NCBI GenBank assembly: GCA_963664825.1
Contig: OY761614.1
Coordinates: forward strand, 3,072,001-3,136,000
From: an uncultured Holophaga sp.
GTDB lineage: Bacteria > Acidobacteriota > Holophagae > Holophagales > Holophagaceae
Length of the DNA: 64,000 nt
Direction of reading: 5' to 3'
Part shown: positions 56,973-64,000 of the stretch, piece by piece
How the letters are laid out: each line of letters starts with the position of its first letter
Position numbering within the stretch: the first letter of the stretch is position 1
Notes under the pieces: model-generated
Seen by the model: the letters and a program-made list of their open reading frames with translations, nothing else
Database searches by the model: none
Told to the model about the DNA's origin: nothing
Position numbers and translations under genes: made by a program

Positions 56973-57827
56973 TCAGCCGGGAGCGTAATCGTAGAAGCCG
57001 CGGCCCGATTTCTTGCCGAGCCATCCGGCCGAGACATACCTGCCCAGGAGAGGGCAGGGGCGGTATTTCGGATCGCCAAAGCCCTCGTGGAGCATCTGTA
57101 GGCTGGCTAGGCAGGTGTCCAGGCCGATGAGATCGGCGAGGGCCAGGGGGCCCATGGGATGGTTCATGCCCAGTTTCATGATCTCGTCGATGGCCTGGAC
57201 CTCCGCCACGCCCTCCTGCAGCGCGAAGATGGCCTCATTGATCATGGGCATGATGAGGCGGTTGCTGATGAAACCGGGGCTGTCGTTGCATTGCACCGGC
57301 GTCTTGTCCAGGCGTTCCGAGAGGAAACTGGCCCTCTCACAGGTCTCGTCGGTGGTGGCCAGTCCCCGGACGATCTCCACCAGAGGCATGACGGGGACCG
57401 GGTGCAGGAAGTGCATCCCGATGACCTGCCCCGCACGCTTGGTGAGGGAGGCCAGGCGCGTGATGGAAAAGCCGGTGGAGGTGGCCAGTATCACACTGGG
57501 GGGGCAGAGCACGTCCAGCGTCTCGAAGAGCGATTTCTTGGTCTCCCAGTGCTCGGGACCGGCGTCGATCACGAAATCCGCGTCCTTGAAGTCTCCAAGA
57601 GACGTCGTAGTGCGGATCCGGGCGAGGGCCGAGGCCTTGTCTTCGGCGCTGAGTTTCCCCTTCTCCAGGCCCCGCTGCATGCTGTGGTCGATGGAGGCAT
57701 GGGCCTTGGCCAGGGAATCGTGGGAGAGATCCTGGAGGAAGACCTGGAACCCGGCCTGGGCGCATACATGGGCGATGCCGCAGCCCATCTGCCCGGTGCC
57801 GACCACGCCGAGGGTCTGGATGTTCAT
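56973..57827 (-). CDS. hbd: 3-hydroxybutyryl-CoA dehydrogenase
   Basis: GVVGTGQMGCGIA, GMHFLHP, PGFISNR, HPMGPLALADLIGLD, GWLGKKSGRGFY. Confidence 0.9.
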   Translation of the reverse strand: MNIQTLGVVGTGQMGCGIAHVCAQAGFQVFLQDLSHDSLAKAHASIDHSMQRGLEKGKLSAEDKASALARIRTTTSLGDFKDADFVIDAGPEHWETKKSLFETLDVLCPPSVILATSTGFSITRLASLTKRAGQVIGMHFLHPVPVMPLVEIVRGLATTDETCERASFLSERLDKTPVQCNDSPGFISNRLIMPMINEAIFALQEGVAEVQAIDEIMKLGMNHPMGPLALADLIGLDTCLASLQMLHEGFGDPKYRPCPLLGRYVSAGWLGKKSGRGFYDYAPG

Positions 57828-57889
57828 GCTTCCTCCCAGGGGAAGGACCATTCTACGCTGGAGCTTCATCCGTCACACGGGAGCGCTTC

Positions 57890-58249
57890 ATGTCGGCATC
57901 CAAGAACCGTATCGGCTGGGCCCTGCTGCTCCTGCGCCTCGGCGTAGGCGGGCTGGCGATATTCCAGGGGCTCGAACCCCTCCGACATGCGAAGGGCGCG
58001 TTGACGGCGAGTAACGCGCTATTCCTGGGTGCGGCGCTGGGGGAAATCATCTGTGGCGCGCTGATCCTGGTGGGCCTTTGGATGGTGCCGGCCGTGCTGG
58101 GACTCCTCGCCCTGGTGGCTTGGCCCCTGGTGCATGGCTGGATCCATGGCGCACCCGTGTTGGGCCAACCCAATGCCCTGTTCCGCTTCCTCGCTACCTC
58201 GGCGGCGGGGCTCGGTGGCCCCGGAAAATGGGGGATCGGCAAGGGCTGA
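57890..58249 (+). CDS. DoxX-like membrane protein
   Basis: LLLLRLGVG..EIICGALILVG..GPGKW. Confidence 0.7.
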   Translation: MSASKNRIGWALLLLRLGVGGLAIFQGLEPLRHAKGALTASNALFLGAALGEIICGALILVGLWMVPAVLGLLALVAWPLVHGWIHGAPVLGQPNALFRFLATSAAGLGGPGKWGIGKG

Positions 58250-59077
58250 TCAGTCGGCCTTGGGCGTCCTGGGCTCCGCCAGCCAGGCCACGATGACCGA
58301 AACAAAGTAGAGCGCCAGCAGGATCACGCTGAAAAAGATCGTGGTCACCACCACATCTCCAGGCGTGAGAAAGGCCGATACCACCAGGATCGCTATGGTG
58401 GCATGCCGCCAATAGCGGATCATCCAGCGCGCGGTGACCATGCGGAAGCGCGCTAGGAAGTAGAACAGCACGGGCAGTTCGAACATGATGCCCGTGAGCA
58501 GCAGGGTGTAGAGGAAGAGATCCAGGTAGCTATCGATGTGGAGATTGGTGCGGAGTCCGGCGCTCTGGGCCTCTTGGAACAGGATATCGCCCAGGAACTT
58601 GAAGGCCTGACAGTAGGCGAACACCACGCCCCCGATGAACATCCCGCTGGTGATGCCCACGAAGGGGATGACGAGCCGCCGCTCCCGTTCGTAGAGCCCG
58701 GGGCGGATGAAGGCCCAGAGCTGGTAGAAGAGGAAGGGGGCGGCCAGGAAGGCCGCCGCCCAGAAGCTGAGCCGCATGAGGCTGAAGAAGGGCTCGGCCA
58801 GATCGGTGAAGGCCCAGGGGCTCAGTTCGGCCAGGGGCTTGTGGGTCTGGCGGGCCATGGCCTCCAGGAAGGGTTTCTGGACCCAATCCCAGATCTGGAA
58901 CCGCATGGCCCTCATGCCATGGAGGGCGCGAATCTTATCCTGGAGTCCGAAGGGAAAACTGTAGGTGAAGGCGAAGGCCGCCACCACGATGAGGATCGAG
59001 CGCACCAAGCGCACGCGCAGTTCCTGCAGGTGCTCCCAGAAGGTCATCTGATTTGGTGGCGTGCCGGGATTATTCAC
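58250..59077 (-). CDS. tatC: twin-arginine translocase subunit TatC
   Basis: EHLQELRVRL, YQLWAFIRPGLY..E, FELP, AFLTP. Confidence 0.95.
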   Translation of the reverse strand: MNNPGTPPNQMTFWEHLQELRVRLVRSILIVVAAFAFTYSFPFGLQDKIRALHGMRAMRFQIWDWVQKPFLEAMARQTHKPLAELSPWAFTDLAEPFFSLMRLSFWAAAFLAAPFLFYQLWAFIRPGLYERERRLVIPFVGITSGMFIGGVVFAYCQAFKFLGDILFQEAQSAGLRTNLHIDSYLDLFLYTLLLTGIMFELPVLFYFLARFRMVTARWMIRYWRHATIAILVVSAFLTPGDVVVTTIFFSVILLALYFVSVIVAWLAEPRTPKAD

Positions 59078-59253
59078 TTCTTCTCGTTAGTGACGTCCTC
59101 TTTGACGGATTCCGTGATCTCCTTGCTGGCCTTCTTGAACTCCTGGATGCCTTTGCCGAGGGCCTTGCCCAGTTCTGGAAGGCGGGAGGGACCGAAGAAA
59201 ATCAGCAGCGCGATGCCGATCAGAAGCATTTCAGTGAGGCCGAGGTTACCCAT
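59074..59253 (-). CDS. tatA: twin-arginine translocase subunit TatA
   Basis: LGLTEMLLI..FFGPSRLPELGKALGKGIQEFKK. Confidence 0.95.
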   Translation of the reverse strand: MGNLGLTEMLLIGIALLIFFGPSRLPELGKALGKGIQEFKKASKEITESVKEDVTNEKK

Positions 59254-59346
59254 GGATGACTCCGCGAATCTGGAAATTCGGTGCAATGGCTTTGCGCTTC
59301 ACGCGCTCAAGCGAGCGCCTGGGGACACGAGTGCTCAGGACCAGTA

Positions 59347-60717
59347 TCAGTTACCCACGGTCATTCTGCCGATGGAATAGTAGATCCAACCATTGGTCTT
59401 CATCGTCTCGGGACTGAAGAGATTGCGCCCATCGAACATGACCTTTGCCTTGAGGCGGCCTGCGACCCGCTCGAGATCGGCGTCCCGGTATTGGGGCCAT
59501 TCCGTGGCGATGATGAGGGCATCGGCCCCCTCGCAGGCCTGAAAGGGGTCTTCTGCGTAGATGACCCGGTCCCCAAGCTTGGCCTTCACGTTGGGCATGG
59601 CCTCGAAGTCATGGACCACGATTTCCGCGCCCAGGGCCGCCAGACTCTCGATGAGTTCCAGGGCCATCGCCTCCCGGATGTCATCGGTATGAGCCTTGAA
59701 GGCCAGGCCCCAGATGGCGAAACGCTTGCCCGCCAGGGGGGCGGGGGTGCCGGGCGTGCAGGCGAAGTGGGAGCGCACCTTGAGGGCCAGGACCTGCTTT
59801 TGATGGCGGTTGGCTTCCACCGTGGTGGCCAGGGTCATCAGGGGAGTGCCGTTCTCGCGGCCGACCTTCAGCAGGGCCTGGAGATCTTTCGGGAAGCAGC
59901 TTCCGCCGAATCCGGGCCCCGGGTTGAGGAAGTACTTCCCGATGCGGTGATCGGCACCGATGCCCGCCTTTACTTGGTCCACATCGGCGCCCACCTTCTC
60001 GCAGAGGTTCGCGATCTCGTTCATGAAACTGATGCGCAGGGCCAGCATGGCGTTGGCGGCGTACTTGGTCAGCTCGGCGCTGGGGGGATCCATGCGGAAC
60101 CAGCGCCCGGCTTCGGGATTGCGGGCCTGGGCCGCGGCCATCTTCTCCGCATAGATGGCCCTCATCACCGATTCCGCATAATCCGTGCGGCAGCCCACGA
60201 CGATGCGGTCGGGGAAGAGAAAATCATCGATGGCGCAGCCTTCCCGGAGGAATTCGGGGTTGGAGACCACCTCGAAGGCGCGATCGGTCTTCGATGCGAT
60301 GGCGGCATGGACCCGGGCGGCCGTGCCCACGGGCACCGTGCTTTTGTCCACGACGATCAGGGACTTGGCGTCCTTGGCCCGCAGGGCCATGGCCTGGCCG
60401 ATCTCCTGGGCCACGGCCAGGACATAGTGCAGGTCGGCGCTGCCGTCCTCGCTCTGAGGGGTGCCCACGCAGATGAAGGCGGCGTCGGCATCGGCGATGC
60501 CTTCCTGGATATCCAGGGTGAAGCGGAGCGCGCCACTGGCTTGGTATTTCTGCAGCAGCTCATCGAGGCCGGGCTCGAAGATGGGGCTGATGCCCTTCTT
60601 GAGCTTCTCGAGCTTGGTGGCGTCCACATCCACCCCGAGCACGCGATGTCCCGAATCGGCGAATCCAGCAGCGGCCACGAGCCCCACGTATCCCGAACCG
60701 ATGACCAAAATCCGCAT
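59347..60717 (-). CDS. ugd: UDP-glucose 6-dehydrogenase
   Basis: IGSGYVG, CVGTP, KSTVPVG, NPEFLREG, GFGGSCFPKD, DGRN. Confidence 0.93.
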   Translation of the reverse strand: MRILVIGSGYVGLVAAAGFADSGHRVLGVDVDATKLEKLKKGISPIFEPGLDELLQKYQASGALRFTLDIQEGIADADAAFICVGTPQSEDGSADLHYVLAVAQEIGQAMALRAKDAKSLIVVDKSTVPVGTAARVHAAIASKTDRAFEVVSNPEFLREGCAIDDFLFPDRIVVGCRTDYAESVMRAIYAEKMAAAQARNPEAGRWFRMDPPSAELTKYAANAMLALRISFMNEIANLCEKVGADVDQVKAGIGADHRIGKYFLNPGPGFGGSCFPKDLQALLKVGRENGTPLMTLATTVEANRHQKQVLALKVRSHFACTPGTPAPLAGKRFAIWGLAFKAHTDDIREAMALELIESLAALGAEIVVHDFEAMPNVKAKLGDRVIYAEDPFQACEGADALIIATEWPQYRDADLERVAGRLKAKVMFDGRNLFSPETMKTNGWIYYSIGRMTVGN

Positions 60718-60836
60718 GACGACTCCAGAAAAGGGCGGCCCCACAAGGGAAACGCGAGGGTACGCCGGTGGGAGCCAGTGTACCCGAGCGCCTCCAAGGG
60801 GGCGAGCCTTGCTAAGATGGAGGGGTCGGAGGGTTC

Positions 60837-61535
60837 ATGCTGCCGGTTTTGATATTGGAAGGTCAAGGGGTCAATCTGTGGGAGGTGGTGCTCCACGGGG
60901 GTACCGTGGCGAAGAGCGTGATGCTGCTCCTGGGGCTCTTCAGCATCTTCAGTTGGGTGATCATTTTCCAGAAAGCCATCATGCTGGGCCGCAGTGGCAA
61001 GATCACCGAGCGATTCCGCTCTGCGTTCCGCCATTCCACGGATTGGCGGGATCTCAAGCAGGGTGCCACCTCCTTCACCTTGAGTCCGCTGCTGGGGCTC
61101 TTCGGCGCGGGCTATACCGAAGTGACCTATCAGCTCCGGGCCAACCCGAACGGCGGCAAGGCGCAGATCAAGAGCATGGAGGCCGTGGAACGCAGCCTCC
61201 AGCGGGCCAGCGTGGTGGAAATGGGCCGCATGGAGAAGGGCCTGGGCATCCTGGCCACCATCGCGGCCGTGAGCCCCTTCGTGGGCCTCTTCGGGACGGT
61301 CTGGGGCATCATCGATGCCTTCCATGGCATCGGTGCCACGGGGAACGCCAGCCTCGCTACCGTCGCCGTTCCCATCTCGGAGGCCCTGGTGGCCACCGCC
61401 CTGGGCCTGGTGGCGGCCATCCCGGCCCTCATGGCGTACAACTTCTACCAGGGCCAGCTGAAGCAGTGGCAGACCGAACTGGACGATTTCGCCCTTGAAT
61501 TCATCAGCCTTTCCGAGCGCAATTTCACCTCATGA
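60837..61535 (+). CDS. MotA/TolQ/ExbB proton channel protein
   Basis: SPFVGLFGTVWGI, ISEALVATALGLVAAIPA. Confidence 0.9.
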   Translation: MLPVLILEGQGVNLWEVVLHGGTVAKSVMLLLGLFSIFSWVIIFQKAIMLGRSGKITERFRSAFRHSTDWRDLKQGATSFTLSPLLGLFGAGYTEVTYQLRANPNGGKAQIKSMEAVERSLQRASVVEMGRMEKGLGILATIAAVSPFVGLFGTVWGIIDAFHGIGATGNASLATVAVPISEALVATALGLVAAIPALMAYNFYQGQLKQWQTELDDFALEFISLSERNFTS

Positions 61536-62305
61536 GCTGCGCGACCGCACCGGTCTTCTGGGGTCGCCAGCCAAGGCTTCCACTGCCCCTTCAGCGTTTC
61601 ATCCGGGGCCGCCTGGAATCGGCGCTCCTGGATCCCCTGGCGCGATCCCTGTTCGTCTGGCCCACCATCCTGGGCGCCCCTCGGTTGAGGGAGCTGCATC
61701 CGGAAGGCATTCCCGAACCGGAATTGCTCCTCCAGGCGGGCCGGTTGCTGGCCCCCTTGGGTGGGGTCGAGGCCGGGAAGGCTTGGCAGAAGACCCTGGC
61801 AGCTTTCCCTGATACGGCCGACAAGGGGGCCACGGGATGGGTGCCCCAGCGGATCTGGGACCCTCTGGCCGCTCAAATCAGCCTTCACTGTGGCGTGATT
61901 CTCCTGGCCCTCACCGGACAGCCCGAAGACGCACGCTATCGCCTGGCCTCGGGGGTGACGCTCTTCAATTCAGCCCTCTTTCATGAGGCCCACGACGCCC
62001 TGGAAAGCCTCTGGACGGCATCTGCGGGAGACCTCAAGAAGGGGTTGCAGGGGCTGATATTGATCACCGCGGGCTTCTACCGCCAGCAGCATCATGATGC
62101 CCTGGGGATGACCAGCCTCTGGCAGGACGGGCTGGCGGCCCTGGCTCCCTTTCAGGGGGAGCTCTCCACTCCCTGGGGTCGGGTGGATTTTGCGGCGAGT
62201 ATCGCATCGGTGGAGCAGCGGATCTCCTGGCTCCGGGCCCTGGATGGGGAAGCCGAACTCGATGGGCTCTGGGATCTGCCTCGACCTGAGTGGGTGCTGA
62301 AATGA
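61532..62305 (+). CDS. DUF309 domain protein
   Basis: GVTLFNSALFHEAHDALESLW..LQGLI. Confidence 0.75.
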   Translation: MSCATAPVFWGRQPRLPLPLQRFIRGRLESALLDPLARSLFVWPTILGAPRLRELHPEGIPEPELLLQAGRLLAPLGGVEAGKAWQKTLAAFPDTADKGATGWVPQRIWDPLAAQISLHCGVILLALTGQPEDARYRLASGVTLFNSALFHEAHDALESLWTASAGDLKKGLQGLILITAGFYRQQHHDALGMTSLWQDGLAALAPFQGELSTPWGRVDFAASIASVEQRISWLRALDGEAELDGLWDLPRPEWVLK

Positions 62306-63873
62306 TTTCCTGCGATGTCCTCGTTCTGGGTGCCGGCATCGCCGGCTGCACGGCGGCTCTGAGGGCCGCGGACCAGGGGGCCGATGTGGTCCTGGTGGCC
62401 AAGGACGCCCTGGGGGAATCCAATACGGCCTACGCTCAAGGGGGCATCATCGGCCTTCCTCCGGCGCACTTTGGCGACTCCCCGGAACTGCTGGCCGCCG
62501 ATATCGAGGCGGCCGGCGCCGGGCTCTGTCGGCCCGAGGCCGTGCGGGTGCTGGCCCAGCAGGGCCCCGCCCTCTGCCTGGACTTCCTCTGGAAGCGCCT
62601 GGGGGTCCCCTTCGATCTCGGAGAGGAGGGCGAACTGGCTCCCACGGCCGAAGCGGCCCATTCCGCTCGGCGCATCTACCATGTGCGGGACACCACGGGC
62701 CTGTCCATCCAGTCGGCCCTGAGCACCGCGGTCCGAAACCATCCCGGCATTCGGATCCTGGAAGACCGGATGCTTGCTGATCTCCTCACGACCCCCCACC
62801 ATGGCCGGGATCCCCGGGGGGTCTACGATCCCATTCATGTCTGGGGCGCCTATCTGCTCCAGGGCGACTCCCGGCATGTGGAGATGGCCATCGCCAAGCG
62901 CACCGTGCTGGCCACCGGAGGGCTCGGCTACCTCTACCTCCACACCAGCAACCCTCCCGGCGCCACGGGGGATGGCCTGGCGGCAGCCTATCGCGCCTCG
63001 GCCCGCATCGTGAACTGCGAATACCTCCAGTTCCATCCGACCACCCTCTACATTCCCCACAAGCCCCGGACGCTGCTCACCGAGGCCCTGCGGGGCGAGG
63101 GGGCCCAGCTCCTCAATCGGAAGGGCGAGCGCTTCATGTCGAAATACGCTCCTGGCCAGATGGAATTGGCCCCTCGGGATGTGGTCAGCCGGGCCATTTT
63201 CCAGGAGATCTCGGCCACGGGGGATGTGTGCGTCTTCCTGGATCTGGGCCCGGTGGCCGCACGCCTGGACCTGGAGGCCCGCTTCCCCAAGATCATGGCC
63301 GTCTGCCGGGCGGAGGGGATCGATCCCCTGCATCAACTGATTCCCGTGGTGCCGGCCGCCCACTATTTCTGCGGAGGCGTGGCGGTGGATCTGGACGGGC
63401 GCACGAGCCTACCGGGCCTCTTCGCCGTGGGCGAGGTGGCCTGTACGGGCGTCCATGGGGCGAACCGCCTGGCTTCTACCTCCCTGTTGGAAGGCCTGGT
63501 GTGGGGCTACCGGGCCGCGGAAGCCGCCCTCTCGGATTGCCTGGGCGCCCTGCCTCCCACCGCAGACTCCATCCAGCCCTGGATTCCCGTGAGCGGCCCT
63601 GCCGAGGCCGATCCACTTCTCATCGAGCAGGACTGGACCAATATCCGCACCACGCTCTGGAACTACGCAGGCATCGTGCGCACCAAGGCCCGTCTCCAGC
63701 GCGCCCGAGGCGATATGGGCCATCTCTACCACCGGCTGGAGACCTTCTACCGGGAGGCGCCTCTTTCCCGCTCCATGCTGGAACTCCGCAGCGGCATCAT
63801 CTGCGCGCGGCTGATCCTGAATGCGGCGCTCCTCAATCCGGAGAGCCGAGGGTGCCACTACCGCGTGGATTGA
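62302..63873 (+). CDS. nadB: L-aspartate oxidase
   Basis: GAGIAG, YAQGGI, LATGG, QFHPT, EALRGEG, LAPRDVV, HGANRLASTSLLE, ESRGCH. Confidence 0.93.
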   Translation: MISCDVLVLGAGIAGCTAALRAADQGADVVLVAKDALGESNTAYAQGGIIGLPPAHFGDSPELLAADIEAAGAGLCRPEAVRVLAQQGPALCLDFLWKRLGVPFDLGEEGELAPTAEAAHSARRIYHVRDTTGLSIQSALSTAVRNHPGIRILEDRMLADLLTTPHHGRDPRGVYDPIHVWGAYLLQGDSRHVEMAIAKRTVLATGGLGYLYLHTSNPPGATGDGLAAAYRASARIVNCEYLQFHPTTLYIPHKPRTLLTEALRGEGAQLLNRKGERFMSKYAPGQMELAPRDVVSRAIFQEISATGDVCVFLDLGPVAARLDLEARFPKIMAVCRAEGIDPLHQLIPVVPAAHYFCGGVAVDLDGRTSLPGLFAVGEVACTGVHGANRLASTSLLEGLVWGYRAAEAALSDCLGALPPTADSIQPWIPVSGPAEADPLLIEQDWTNIRTTLWNYAGIVRTKARLQRARGDMGHLYHRLETFYREAPLSRSMLELRSGIICARLILNAALLNPESRGCHYRVD

Positions 63874-63881
63874 TTCGGGTC

Positions 63882-64000
63882 CTAGATCGCTCCGGCTTCC
63901 GTGGCCGATTCCAGGGTGATGGGGCCTTCCTCGGTGGAGGGCTCCCGGCGCAGAGGGCAGGGTTCGACGGCGCATTGGCGGCACCAGGCGCGCTGGCAGG
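63882..64000 (-). CDS. C-terminal fragment of a gene entering from the right, possibly a CDF transporter
   Basis: Manual translation CQRAWCRQCAVEPCPLRREP..GAI*; this Cys-rich tail resembles those of some cation-diffusion facilitators. Confidence 0.45.
   Translation of the reverse strand, partial: CQRAWCRQCAVEPCPLRREPSTEEGPITLESATEAGAI

Overview
GC-rich bacterial chromosomal window. Gene content and style (futalosine-pathway mqnA, DUF4388/TPR proteins, many PAS kinases) suggest an anaerobic Acidobacterium of the Holophagae (Geothrix/Holophaga-like); this is inference. Most of it is housekeeping: xerC, tex, lepB, cca, ispF, ruvB, fbaA, RluA, trmL, an M16 protease pair, mqnA, Uup ABC-F, glyQS, carbamate kinase, hbd, tatAC, ugd, tolQ-like and nadB, mixed with signalling and secreted/TPR genes. 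One complete ISL3 element (16661-17990, 8-bp TSD) interrupts a DUF3667-like membrane gene. Most notable: (i) a structured, riboswitch-like leader (cobalamin-riboswitch-like motifs, two possible pseudoknots, antiterminator/terminator) upstream of a ~1,820-aa single-chain eukaryote-like acyl-CoA carboxylase; (ii) a duplicated ruvB 3' end around a small three-way-junction palindromic element; (iii) a Pho-box-like triple repeat in front of a GlpT-type transporter; (iv) a Rossmann-domain mini-chemoreceptor; (v) a PlmA-like GntR divergent from a TPR/HExxH protein. No rRNA, tRNA or CRISPR array was seen. All family assignments come from recognising motifs by eye, not from database searches.
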